A stretch of 56,540 nt of DNA from Patescibacteria group bacterium (GTDB taxonomy: Bacteria > Patescibacteriota > Patescibacteriia > UBA1558 > UBA10009). Location of the stretch: positions 1 through 56,540 of the forward strand of contig JAHITV010000002.1 in assembly GCA_018817315.1 (NCBI GenBank), written 5' to 3'. This document shows positions 18,432 to 28,837 of this stretch, piece by piece (the stretch's first letter is position 1; each line of letters opens with the position of its first letter). The position numbers and the translations under genes are program-made. The notes beneath the pieces were generated by a model, which had not been told where the DNA came from, did no database searches, and was given only the letters and a program-made list of their open reading frames with translations.

Positions 18432-19938
18432 AACCTACAAACATCTTCTTAAAATCATCAACAACACTAATCAATTTTTGTTCCAGCTTTTCATCTAAAT
18501 CACCTTTTTCTTTAATTTTAGTGATTAAATCTTTGGCAGTGGTGTCTAAATATATATGAAACTGATCTTCAAATTCCTTAATTTTTTCCACAGGAATATC
18601 ATCCAATAACCCTTTGACCCCGGCATATAAAATAACTACCTGATGTTCTATAGTCATAGGTTGATATATACCCTGTTTAAGAATTTCGGTTAAACGTTTA
18701 CCTAAATTCAACTGTTTTTGAGTGGTTTCATCTAAATCAGATCCAAACTGGGCAAAAGCTGCCAGCTCCCGGTATTGCGCCAGATCAAGTCTTAATTTGC
18801 CAGCCACTTTTTTCATGGCTTTAATCTGGGCAGCAGACCCTACCCGGGAAACAGAAAGACCAATATTCAAAGCTGGCCGGATTCCTTGATAAAACAAATC
18901 TGATTCTAAATAAATTTGTCCGTCAGTAATAGAAATAACATTTGTAGGAATGTAAGCGGAGATATCTCCTGCCTGTGTTTCAATAATCGGCAAAGCAGTT
19001 AAGGAACCTCTGCCATGTTCTTTGTTCATTTTCGCTGCCCTTTCCAAAAGACGGGAGTGTAAGTAAAAAATATCTCCAGGAAAAGCTTCTCTGCCTGGCG
19101 GCCTTCTTAAAAGTAATGCTATTTCCCGGTAAGCAACTGCATGTTTAGAAAGATCATCATAAATAACTAAGACATCCTTGCCTTGATCCATAAAATATTC
19201 TCCCATAGCACAACCAGCATAAGGAGCAATAAAAGAAAGTGAAGCTGGATCTGATGCTCCTGCCACCACCACCACTGTATAACTCATGGCCTGATACTTT
19301 TGCAGTTTATCCACTATTTTGGCTATTTTTGACTCTTTTTGAGCGATCGCCACATAAATACAAATAACCTTTTCCTGTTTTTGGTTGATAATAGTATCTA
19401 TAGCTAAAGCAGTTTTTCCGGTTTGTCTGTCGCCAATAATCAATTCTCTTTGACCACGGCCAATAGGAATCATAGAATCTATGGCTTTGATACCGGTTTG
19501 CAAAGGAGTATTAACTGGCTCACGGGTAATTACCCTGGGTGCGATTTTTTCTATAGGATAAAACTGATCAGTTTTAATTTCACCTTTGCCGTCTAAAGGT
19601 TTACCCAAAGGATCAACCACTCTGCCAATAATTGATTTTCCTACCGGCACTTCTAAAATTCTGCCTGTTGATTTAACAGTATCCCCTGATTTAATTTTTA
19701 AATAATCTCCCAAAATCATAGCCCCCACTGAATCTTCTTCCAGATTCAAAGCCACGCCAAAATTATTATTGCCAAAATCCAACATCTCCTGGGACATGCA
19801 ATTGGATAAACCAGAAATTTTAGCAATACCATCCCCCACTTCTGTAACAATGCCGACTTTTTCTGTAGTAGTACTGGCTTTAAAATCATCAAGCTGCTTT
19901 TTTAATTGTTCAATAATTTGATCTTTACCACTTGTCAT
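18430..19938 (-). CDS. atpA: F1 ATP synthase alpha subunit
   Basis: 502 aa with Walker A GDRQTGKT and conserved alpha-subunit sequence. Confidence 0.97.
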   Translation of the reverse strand: MTSGKDQIIEQLKKQLDDFKASTTTEKVGIVTEVGDGIAKISGLSNCMSQEMLDFGNNNFGVALNLEEDSVGAMILGDYLKIKSGDTVKSTGRILEVPVGKSIIGRVVDPLGKPLDGKGEIKTDQFYPIEKIAPRVITREPVNTPLQTGIKAIDSMIPIGRGQRELIIGDRQTGKTALAIDTIINQKQEKVICIYVAIAQKESKIAKIVDKLQKYQAMSYTVVVVAGASDPASLSFIAPYAGCAMGEYFMDQGKDVLVIYDDLSKHAVAYREIALLLRRPPGREAFPGDIFYLHSRLLERAAKMNKEHGRGSLTALPIIETQAGDISAYIPTNVISITDGQIYLESDLFYQGIRPALNIGLSVSRVGSAAQIKAMKKVAGKLRLDLAQYRELAAFAQFGSDLDETTQKQLNLGKRLTEILKQGIYQPMTIEHQVVILYAGVKGLLDDIPVEKIKEFEDQFHIYLDTTAKDLITKIKEKGDLDEKLEQKLISVVDDFKKMFVG

Positions 19939-19961
19939 ATTTTATAAATAGTTACCTTTTA

Positions 19962-20363
19962 TTATTTTAATAAAAAATTATGTAAATTATTCAACTGCCT
20001 TAACATACTGCTATCCAAAACAACATCCTGATATTTTATAATAAAACCACCCATTAATTTCTGGTTAATTATTTTAGTAAGGTAAATCTTCTTTTTTAGA
20101 ATTCCTTCCAACCATTTGCTTATTGCCTGATAAGTTTGCCCGGATAATTTTTGATGGGTGATGATTTCCACTTCTTCAATTTTTTCGTGCTGATTATAAA
20201 TTTGATTAAACTTAGTAATTATTTTATCAGCCAATTTTAAATTTTTATTCTTAACTAATAATTTAACAAAGTTTTGCAACACTTCCTTTAAAGCTTTGGC
20301 GCTACCACTCTTAGTGGTTTGATATAATGCTTCGGCATATTGTTTAATAGTAATTTTCTTCAT
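19962..20363 (-). CDS. atpH: F1 ATP synthase delta (OSCP) subunit, short form
   Basis: Lies between atpF and atpA and has an OSCP-like N-terminus (YAEALYQ...). Start moved to ATG 20363, since the track start is TTG 20381 overlapping atpF. Confidence 0.7.
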   Translation of the reverse strand: MKKITIKQYAEALYQTTKSGSAKALKEVLQNFVKLLVKNKNLKLADKIITKFNQIYNQHEKIEEVEIITHQKLSGQTYQAISKWLEGILKKKIYLTKIINQKLMGGFIIKYQDVVLDSSMLRQLNNLHNFLLK

Positions 20364-20373
20364 AAAAATATCT

Positions 20374-20883
20374 TTAATCAAAAGGAAGATCTTTATCCTT
20401 TAATGATCCTTTAATAAACTTCTCATCTATATCTTTGGAAACAACTTTATCCAAAACTTTTTTAGTAGTTTCCATAGTTAAATTAACTACCTCGCTTTTG
20501 ACTTCTTTCATCATTTTACTTTTTTCCTGGGCAATCTGCTCTTTAGCTCCAGCAATAATAGTAGTTACCTCTGCTTTAGCGCGATCAACCATTTCTTCTC
20601 CTTGTTTATTGCCTTCTGTTTGAGCTTTTTGAATAATTGCTTGAGCTTCTTTTCTTGCCTCGGTTAATTTTCCTTCTCTTTGTTTTTGGGATTTAACTAA
20701 ATCTTCCTCAATCTTTTTAGCATCTTCCAAGCTCTTTTCTATTTCCTTGGTTCTGTTATTCATCATGCGCGAAAGGGGTTTTACAGCAAATTTCCATAAA
20801 ACAAACAGCACAATGCCAAAATTTACTAATTGCGCCACTAAAAGCCGCCAATCAATATGAAATGTTTTAATTAATTCATCCAT
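20374..20883 (-). CDS. atpF: Fo ATP synthase subunit b
   Basis: 169 aa with a single N-terminal TM helix followed by a long charged coiled coil. Operon position fits. Confidence 0.8.
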   Translation of the reverse strand: MDELIKTFHIDWRLLVAQLVNFGIVLFVLWKFAVKPLSRMMNNRTKEIEKSLEDAKKIEEDLVKSQKQREGKLTEARKEAQAIIQKAQTEGNKQGEEMVDRAKAEVTTIIAGAKEQIAQEKSKMMKEVKSEVVNLTMETTKKVLDKVVSKDIDEKFIKGSLKDKDLPFD

Positions 20884-20893
20884 AATATTTCTG

Positions 20894-20997
20894 GTATCAG
20901 TAATTAGTAATCGGTAATCAGTAACTAGTAATCAGAGAAAAATCCCCCCAATTACCAATTACCGATTACTAATTACTAGTTACTCAATTATCAATTA
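20894..20997. repeat. two inverted heptamer arrays containing a perfect 20-bp inverted repeat
   Basis: Left array is six units taatYRg (20894-20935). Right array is seven units Yaattac/cgattac (20949-20997). AGTAATTAGTAATCGGTAAT (20899-20918) is exactly complementary to ATTACCGATTACTAATTACT (20958-20977). Confidence 0.65.
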
Positions 20998-21043
20998 ACT
21001 TCAGAGGACCAAAAAGATCCTCTAAATGCCAATGGACAATTAC

Positions 21044-22193
<1,150 letters not shown>

Positions 22194-22211
22194 TAGTTAG
22201 TTTTACCAAAA

Positions 22212-22520
22212 TTAATCCTGATTAAACTTTTGTTTCTCTTTATTATCTTCTTTATGTAATTTTTTTTCTTGTAATTCCTTTTCTATCTTTTTAGTGTATT
22301 TAGCAGTTATCAAAACAATGCCTAAACAAGAAATACCAAAAGCAATAATAGTTAAGCCCAAAAAAATCCAAGGCTCGGTTCCATATTTATCATCTAAAGC
22401 ACGGCCGACAAAAAGAGCAATTAAAATTGGCACAATAATCCAACCGCTGACTTGGGAAAAAATAACAAGAGCTGGCTGCCACCAGGCCTCTTTGCCTTTT
22501 TCTGGCTCTTTATTTGCCAT
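22212..22520 (-). CDS. AtpZ/AtpI-like small membrane protein at the head of the atp operon
   Basis: 102 aa with two TM helices (WWQPALVIFSQVSGWIIVPILIALFVGRALD...). First gene of the atp cluster. Confidence 0.6.
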   Translation of the reverse strand: MANKEPEKGKEAWWQPALVIFSQVSGWIIVPILIALFVGRALDDKYGTEPWIFLGLTIIAFGISCLGIVLITAKYTKKIEKELQEKKLHKEDNKEKQKFNQD

Positions 22521-22609
22521 AAAATTGTTAATGACTCAATAAAAGAACTCCAACTCGGAGTTTTCATGAATTAAGCTAAATTTCCACAAAAAACCGATTT
22601 TTCGCCTAT

Positions 22610-22638
22610 ATTATAGAGAAAACTTACCAATAAATCAA
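22610..22638 (-). promoter_or_regulatory. candidate atp operon promoter
   Basis: Minus strand reads TTGATT (22638-22633), a 17-nt spacer, then TATAAT (22615-22610). Confidence 0.45.
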
Positions 22639-22712
22639 GGGTAGGTAATTTTTTTGGCTAAGATTAGCAGAAATATGGATTGAATTTTAAAATCAATAAT
22701 TTCCTATTCCCC

Positions 22713-22747
22713 GATTACTGATTACCGATTACCAGTTATTGATACCT
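22713..22747. repeat. heptamer array (gattact, gattacc, gattacc, agttatt, gatacct)
   Basis: Period-7 units just downstream of the rmuC stop codon (22755). Preceded by cccc, as at 1197-1200. Confidence 0.6.
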
Positions 22748-22754
22748 ATTTAAA

Positions 22755-23789
22755 CTATTCCACCTTCGGCTTATCTAAAACTTGCGGCTCTATCTTTGAT
22801 TCTCCGCTAGTAATTTTAACTACATCCTTATCAATCTTCTTGAATTCATTATAAGCAGTGTTGTAAGTATTAACGACGGTTCCTAAATTATTACCAAGTT
22901 TTTTTAGATATTCGTTATAATTCAAAATATGCTTGCCTAACATTTCCACATTCTTTCTGATCTCTTTGGCTGACTCTTCAATCTGCAAAGCGCGAAGTCC
23001 TTGTAGAACTGTTTGTAAATATGCCAAAAATGATGTCGGTGAAACAATAATCACATGCTTTTCTTTAAAGGCGTACTCAATTAAATCTTGAGTATTAACT
23101 TGTACCGCACCGACTTTATTAATCAGTAAATCATAATAAATCGCTTCGGAAGGAATAAACATAAAAGCAAAGTCCATGGTATTTTCCGAAGGTTTGATGT
23201 ATTTGGAAGTTTCATCAATTCTGTTTTTTAAATCCTGTTTGAATAATTTTTCTAATTTCTCTCGTTCACCAGTATCTTGAGCGGAAAGAATGCGTTCATA
23301 ATTCTCCAAAGAAAATTTTGAATCAATAGGAATAATTTTATCTTTGACAAACACTACCGCATCAACCATTTCGCCGTTTTTGAAGCTGTACTGCATTTGA
23401 TACGACTTTGGCGGTAAAACATTTTTTAGAACTGTTTCCAGATAATATTCCCCCAGTACGCCACGCTGTTTGGGATTTTTTAAAATATCCTGTAGATTTT
23501 TCAACTGGTCAGCAAAATTAACTACCTGCTTGTTGGTTTCGTCAAGCTTAGTTAATCTTTCGGTGACATCCTGAATAATCTTAGTTGATTGACCAAACTG
23601 GGTTTGTAAAATTTTTGTTGATTCTCCTAACTTTGAATCTAAAGTTTTGGTAACTTCATTAATTTGGTTCTGTAGCATTAATAATGACTGATCTTGGGAA
23701 ATATCCTTTTTCTTTTTCCCAATTAACCAAAATAAGATAGCAAATCCTGCTATTATCACAATTATTAAAATGATGAATTCTAGAGACAT
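22755..23789 (-). CDS. rmuC: DNA recombination protein RmuC
   Basis: 344 aa with an N-terminal TM helix, a coiled coil, and the RmuC C-terminal nuclease-like region (MFIPSEAIYYD...). Confidence 0.85.
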   Translation of the reverse strand: MSLEFIILIIVIIAGFAILFWLIGKKKKDISQDQSLLMLQNQINEVTKTLDSKLGESTKILQTQFGQSTKIIQDVTERLTKLDETNKQVVNFADQLKNLQDILKNPKQRGVLGEYYLETVLKNVLPPKSYQMQYSFKNGEMVDAVVFVKDKIIPIDSKFSLENYERILSAQDTGEREKLEKLFKQDLKNRIDETSKYIKPSENTMDFAFMFIPSEAIYYDLLINKVGAVQVNTQDLIEYAFKEKHVIIVSPTSFLAYLQTVLQGLRALQIEESAKEIRKNVEMLGKHILNYNEYLKKLGNNLGTVVNTYNTAYNEFKKIDKDVVKITSGESKIEPQVLDKPKVE

Positions 23790-23790
23790 A

Positions 23791-23856
23791 GGATATAGGT
23801 TATTGGATATAGGTTATTGATTATTTCAGCCCGAGGCTGACCCGCCTTTGGCGGGG
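23791..23856. repeat. heptamer array plus two GC hairpins abutting the rmuC start codon
   Basis: Units ggatata, ggttatt, ggatata, ggttatt, gattatt span 23791-23825. These are followed by CAGCC-CGA-GGCTG and CCCGCC-TTT-GGCGGG hairpins (23826-23856). Confidence 0.55.
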
Positions 23857-23921
23857 ATTATTGAATATGGTTTAAACATTATGTATTATAAGCTTTTTTA
23901 AGAGTTTATGCTAGAAGCACT

Positions 23922-23962
23922 AAAAAAAGACCTACACCACCCTTTTTAGGACGATATAGGTC
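23922..23962 (-). terminator. intrinsic terminator after the dGTPase-like gene
   Basis: Minus strand reads GACCTA...TAGGTC (23962-23929) followed by TTTTTTT (23928-23922). Confidence 0.55.
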
Positions 23963-23993
23963 ATCGTTTTGACGCTAAATTGAAATTAGGAGA

Positions 23994-25037
23994 TTACCAA
24001 TCTAAATCCGGATCAGTAAGAGAAATGGAACCAGGATTTGGCAACTTAGATAATGTTTCAAAAGCGGCTGTTTCTTCCCATCGCTGTCTTAGCCATTTCT
24101 GCGGCACAGAAGCGGTAAGATTATCAACATCAGTCCCCGTCATCAAAGCAACGGCTAGTACTGGATTATCTGAAAACTGTTGGGCAATTTGATAGACATA
24201 TTTAATCTTTGATTCCTCAAAAGGCAGATCAATCAATTTATAAATTGGATTCATGCATTTGCGTGCCTCATCAAGCAGCTTCCGTTCCGGTGCTTTGCTA
24301 AAGGAAATATTGCCAACTTCAGCTGATTCCAAACAAAAGGCAGTAATCATCCGCCGCCAACAATCGCGCTGATTTGAACCAATCTCTTTAATCACTTTCA
24401 TGAGAGAAATGACTTTCTCATCATTCTCACCAATACAACGCACTGCATCATTTGCATCGGACAAAATATAGCAAATTTTGTCGGCAAACATTACCACATT
24501 GGCTTCGGCAGAAACAGCTGGTGATAACACCAACTCGTTAATACTGCGAGAATGCTTTAACGCTCCCATGAGCGTGTCATAAGTCAAATTAAGACCCTTA
24601 CCACCGCGCTCAATGTGTTGGGCAATCACAACTGACAGCACTTCATGCTTTATCTCCTGTTCACACAATTTGCTTAGTACCCGTTCACCCAGATGTCCGC
24701 CTGGCAGATGGCCAAAATCGTGCATTAAAGCAATTGCCCGCGCTAGATCACTGTTAAGGCCTAAGATATCACAAACCGCCACCGCAAATTCAACCACCTC
24801 CAGACTGTGAGTCAAGCGGTTACGTACATGGCGGTTGCTAATAGTAAAAAACAATTGAGTTTTTCCTTGCAAACGCCGCCACGCTTTACTCGCTGTAATG
24901 GCACCAATGTCCACGGCAAACGGTGATCGTAACCTATGCTGCCAAGCATCCTCAGAATCCTGATAGCGTCTTCTAGCGCTATTCTCATCATAACGCAAAT
25001 CCTTCAAACAACCTCTAATATCTAACAAGGTAGCCAC
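23994..25037 (-). CDS. dgt: HD-domain dNTP triphosphohydrolase (dGTPase-like)
   Basis: 347 aa with RLTHSLEV and HDFGHLPGGH motifs of the dGTPase/SAMHD1-like HD family. GTG start 7 nt after AGGAGGAGG. G+C is clearly above the backbone. Confidence 0.8.
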   Translation of the reverse strand: MATLLDIRGCLKDLRYDENSARRRYQDSEDAWQHRLRSPFAVDIGAITASKAWRRLQGKTQLFFTISNRHVRNRLTHSLEVVEFAVAVCDILGLNSDLARAIALMHDFGHLPGGHLGERVLSKLCEQEIKHEVLSVVIAQHIERGGKGLNLTYDTLMGALKHSRSINELVLSPAVSAEANVVMFADKICYILSDANDAVRCIGENDEKVISLMKVIKEIGSNQRDCWRRMITAFCLESAEVGNISFSKAPERKLLDEARKCMNPIYKLIDLPFEESKIKYVYQIAQQFSDNPVLAVALMTGTDVDNLTASVPQKWLRQRWEETAAFETLSKLPNPGSISLTDPDLDW

Positions 25038-25076
25038 GAGTAATCCTCCTCCTAAATGAAAGGTGCATTTTCATCA

Positions 25077-25104
25077 AATATAACAGCTTAAGCTATTCTG
25101 TCAA
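25077..25104 (-). promoter_or_regulatory. sigma70-type promoter for the dGTPase-like gene
   Basis: Minus strand reads TTGACA (25104-25099), a 16-nt spacer, then TATATT (25082-25077). Confidence 0.5.
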
Positions 25105-25151
25105 TAAAAATGTAAATAAAAAAAGACTATATTCATCTATCTCATAATCAA

Positions 25152-25955
25152 CTATATCCTGAACAATTCTTTGGCATTCTGCCACATCTGCTCAATCACT
25201 TCTTCTTTGCTGATCTTTTTGAGTTCAGCAATTTTTTCTGCTACATATTTCACATAAATCGGCTCGTTTCGTTTACCACGATGCGGCTCTGGAGAAAGAT
25301 ACGGACAATCAGTTTCTATTAAAATATTTTCTAAAGGAATTTCAGTAGCGATCTTTTGGATTTCCTCGGCTTTTTTTTGAAAAGTCACTGGACCATCAAT
25401 GCCGATATAATAACCGTTCTCTACAATTTTCTCAGCGATTGTTAAATCACCGCCATAACAATGAAAAACCGCGCGTTCAACTTTTTCCTGCTTTAAAATT
25501 TCCAGCATTTCTGAATATACTTCTCTACCCTCTACGCCGTTGCGGCCATGACAAATTAAAGCCAAATCGTTTTTCTTAGCCAATTTTAGATGTTGTAAAA
25601 AAACTTCCTGCTGTTTATTACTGATTTCCTCAATTGATTTAGCACCTTTAGTTAAAATTTCATCAACATGATAATAATCAAAACCAGTTTCACCAATGGC
25701 TACCACTTTATCGTGAATTAAATTTTGATAAGCTTCTGCTTCATAAATTTCATCAAAAATATGGATCGGATGTAAACCAATTGCCGCGTACATAAAATCG
25801 TATTTTTGAGCAAAATCAGCAGCGCGTTTGGAAGTAGAAAATTGAGCGCCAATATTAACGACACTCATTTTTTTCTTCTGGCAACGTTTAACTACTTGCT
25901 CAAAATCATCTTTATATGCTTTAAAATTTAAATGCGCGTGAGTATCAATTAACAT
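25152..25955 (-). CDS. tatD: TatD-family metal-dependent hydrolase/DNase
   Basis: 267 aa with N-terminal LIDTHAHL and conserved His/Asp/Glu ligand pattern (ETGFDYY, HCYGG, ETDCPYL). Confidence 0.9.
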   Translation of the reverse strand: MLIDTHAHLNFKAYKDDFEQVVKRCQKKKMSVVNIGAQFSTSKRAADFAQKYDFMYAAIGLHPIHIFDEIYEAEAYQNLIHDKVVAIGETGFDYYHVDEILTKGAKSIEEISNKQQEVFLQHLKLAKKNDLALICHGRNGVEGREVYSEMLEILKQEKVERAVFHCYGGDLTIAEKIVENGYYIGIDGPVTFQKKAEEIQKIATEIPLENILIETDCPYLSPEPHRGKRNEPIYVKYVAEKIAELKKISKEEVIEQMWQNAKELFRI

Positions 25956-25956
25956 A

Positions 25957-26676
25957 TTATTTCTTTAAACCAAAAACAGCAGCAAATCTAAAATCATTTT
26001 CTAAATTTTCATTCAAATATCTTTTATGAGAAAAATACTCACCGCTACAATAAGTACATACTTGGGAATTATGAATATTCTCTGAAAGTAAACCTGCTTC
26101 CTTAAGCTGATCTTTTGCCCAACTCCAAATATCTAAACTATCGTCTTTAAGATAATTTCTTAATTTTACCCCACTTTCATTAGAAATAAACGGCTTATAA
26201 CAACAAGGTCCGATTGACGGACTGAATTCTACCAATAAATCTTGTGGCTTAGAATTAAAATTTATTTCCATACTTTTAACTGCTTCTTTGATAATCTCTT
26301 TTTCTAAGTTAATTCGACTAACATGAATTAATCCAATGGTTTGATGTTTTAAATCGTAAAATGCCAAAGCAAGACAATCAGCTATAACCATGAATAAATA
26401 AACGTCTCTTTGATTAGTCAGTAAACCATCTGTTTTAATAAAATTACCTTTGGGAGTAATTTTACCCAAATCTGAACTATCAATACATTTTATTTTTATA
26501 TTATTTTCTAATTCAACATTAACTACTGAATTAAAATCTAGACCCAATGAAGCAAGAAATTTTTTTCTGTTTTCTAGAATTTTATCCGCTTCACTTTTAA
26601 AAAAAGACATGTTACCATCCTTAATCTTTGAAAACGCAAAAACTAAATCTGGATGATTTTTAAAAACATTCATCAT
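25957..26676 (-). CDS. pgeF: YfiH/PgeF (DUF152) purine nucleoside phosphorylase / peptidoglycan editing factor family
   Basis: 239 aa with ADCLALAF, GLIHVSR and FSHKR motifs in the expected order. Confidence 0.8.
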   Translation of the reverse strand: MMNVFKNHPDLVFAFSKIKDGNMSFFKSEADKILENRKKFLASLGLDFNSVVNVELENNIKIKCIDSSDLGKITPKGNFIKTDGLLTNQRDVYLFMVIADCLALAFYDLKHQTIGLIHVSRINLEKEIIKEAVKSMEINFNSKPQDLLVEFSPSIGPCCYKPFISNESGVKLRNYLKDDSLDIWSWAKDQLKEAGLLSENIHNSQVCTYCSGEYFSHKRYLNENLENDFRFAAVFGLKK

Positions 26677-26702
26677 AAATTCTCAAATACATCAATCAAT
26701 AT

Positions 26703-27278
26703 TTATTCTTTTGAACCGGGCAATAAAGGAATGTCATCCATGCTCTTGGGAATATTTTGGAACAAAGGTTGATACCCCTGCCATTTTGAAAAATCTTCAG
26801 GAATAAAGGGTTTGCTTATTTTCCCGACTACGCCTAAAATTCCGGCAAATTTTGATTTTTCAACGCTGCCCGCCAATCCTCCGGTTAAAGGGAAAAATCC
26901 TAGAACATAAAGTATAATACCGATTAAAATCAAACCTTCAATTAAACCAAAAATTCCGCCTAACAACCGGTTAAAGGTTTTAAGAAAAGGAATGATGGCA
27001 ATGATATTAAAAACCTTATTGATTATCCAAAAAACAAAAGCTATTAACCTGTTAACTAAAATAAAAATCAGTAAAAAGCCTAAAATCGCCGCTAAAGTTT
27101 CACTGCCAAACAAAAATCCTTCAAAGAACTCGCCTACTTCATCATAATACACACTGGCAAAATAAACGCCTACAAAAAGACCGATAATACCGCCAACACC
27201 TTCTATTAAACCAAGTCTTACTCCTTTCCAGACAAAGCCGGCTAAAATTACTAAAATGATAATATCTAAAATCGACAT
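26703..27278 (-). CDS. cvpA: CvpA-family membrane protein
   Basis: 191 aa with 4 TM helices and N-terminal ILDIIILVILAGFVWKGVRLGLI typical of CvpA. Confidence 0.7.
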   Translation of the reverse strand: MSILDIIILVILAGFVWKGVRLGLIEGVGGIIGLFVGVYFASVYYDEVGEFFEGFLFGSETLAAILGFLLIFILVNRLIAFVFWIINKVFNIIAIIPFLKTFNRLLGGIFGLIEGLILIGIILYVLGFFPLTGGLAGSVEKSKFAGILGVVGKISKPFIPEDFSKWQGYQPLFQNIPKSMDDIPLLPGSKE

Positions 27279-27330
27279 AAATTTTAAAATTAAATAATTA
27301 AATTGGGCTTATATTTTAAAAAGTTAAAAA

Positions 27331-28812
27331 CTATTTTCTGGGAAATAAAGGTGTAGCAGGTTTTTTGATTTTAGAAGCAGTGATAATCTTTAAAATTTTA
27401 GCTGCTGTCTCGGACATAAAAGGTTTTAAATTAATACTGATGATGTATAAATCTTTTATATATTTTCCCAAAACTGATTTTAATTTTTCCTGATCTTTGA
27501 TATTTTTGGATTTGGCTAATATCCACGGTTTATCCTGATCAATAGCTGTATCACAATCCTGGATTCTCGCCCATATTTTAAATAAAGCTTCTTTAAAATT
27601 CAACTGTTCAATCATCTCCTCTGTTCCTATTTTTAAAGAAATATTTTCCAAATCATCAATTTTTATTTTTCCCTTTAAATACTCTTCTACCATCTTAGTT
27701 ATCCGATTGACTAAATTGCCCAAACCGTTGACTAAATCGGCATTATACTTGTTGGGAAATTCCTCCACTTTAATATCACTTTCTGAACCAAAAGAAAATT
27801 GCGATAAAATTAAATATTTGGTAACTTCTGCTCCGTATTCTTTGACTAATTCATCCGGATGAACGACGTTGCCTAAACTTTTACTCATTTTCTGGCCATT
27901 GATAGTAAAAAAACCATGAATAGCCAATATTTTCGGCAAAGGAATATCCAAAGCCAAAAGAATTGCTGGCCAATAAAGAGTATGAAATTTTAAAATATCT
28001 ACGGCCATTAACTGGATATCAGCCGGCCAAAACTTCTGATAAAGTTTACCTTTAGGATAATCTAAAGCAGTTATATAATTAGATAAAGCATCTACCCAAA
28101 CGTAAGCTTTTTGATTTTTGTCCCATAGCAAGTCAATACCCCAAGGCACTGATTTTTTTGATCTGGAAATAGAAAAATCAGGAATCCCCTGTTTGATTAA
28201 ACCCAAAACTTCGTTCTTTCTGGCTTTGGGATAAATTGTTAATTCGTCTGACTCAATCTTCTGTTGGATAATTGACAAGTAATCAGCTAATTTAAAAAAC
28301 CAATTTTTTTCTTTGACTTGTTCCGGCTCTTTATTATGATCCGGACACTTACCATCAACCAATTCACTTTCTAAAATAAATTTCTCACAACCAACACAGT
28401 ATAAACCTTCATAATCAGTTTCATATAACACTTCATTGCCTGCGGGAGTTTTAACTGCTTTTAATTTATTTAAAATGTTCACTACAATTTTCTGATGTCT
28501 GCTTTCGGTTGTTCTGATAAAATCATCGTTGGTGATAGCTAAATTCTGCCAAGCATCTTTAAACTGCTGACTAATCTGATCAGTGAATTTTTGAGGACTG
28601 ATATTTTTAAGAGCAGCTGACTCGGCTACTTTAGCTCCATGTTCATCTGTACCAGTTAAAAAATAAACATTTTCCTTGCCAATTTTCTGACGATAATATC
28701 TGGCTAAAACATCAGCTACGATTGTAGTATAAGCATGACCGATATGCGGCTGATCGTTAACATAGTAAATTGGAGTTGTAATGTAGAATTTATTTTTCAC
28801 TTTAGTTACCAC
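27331..28812 (-). CDS. metG: methionine--tRNA ligase
   Basis: 493 aa with HIGH-type motif (PHIGHAY), KMSKS (QKMSKSLGN) and a Cys-rich knuckle (CVGC...CPDH). Apparent GTG start. Confidence 0.93.
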   Translation of the reverse strand: MVTKVKNKFYITTPIYYVNDQPHIGHAYTTIVADVLARYYRQKIGKENVYFLTGTDEHGAKVAESAALKNISPQKFTDQISQQFKDAWQNLAITNDDFIRTTESRHQKIVVNILNKLKAVKTPAGNEVLYETDYEGLYCVGCEKFILESELVDGKCPDHNKEPEQVKEKNWFFKLADYLSIIQQKIESDELTIYPKARKNEVLGLIKQGIPDFSISRSKKSVPWGIDLLWDKNQKAYVWVDALSNYITALDYPKGKLYQKFWPADIQLMAVDILKFHTLYWPAILLALDIPLPKILAIHGFFTINGQKMSKSLGNVVHPDELVKEYGAEVTKYLILSQFSFGSESDIKVEEFPNKYNADLVNGLGNLVNRITKMVEEYLKGKIKIDDLENISLKIGTEEMIEQLNFKEALFKIWARIQDCDTAIDQDKPWILAKSKNIKDQEKLKSVLGKYIKDLYIISINLKPFMSETAAKILKIITASKIKKPATPLFPRK

Positions 28813-28837
28813 TTTCTTTCCATTTTAATATTATGAT

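Noticed and set aside
20894-20997. Heptamer arrays here and at the other listed sites, considered as CRISPR arrays or as microsatellite sequencing artefacts.
   Set aside because: The period is 7 nt with no spacers, the arrays total only 30-50 nt, and no cas genes are present, so they are not CRISPR. Units vary by point substitutions and recur at many loci in conserved positions relative to genes, which does not fit random slippage artefacts.
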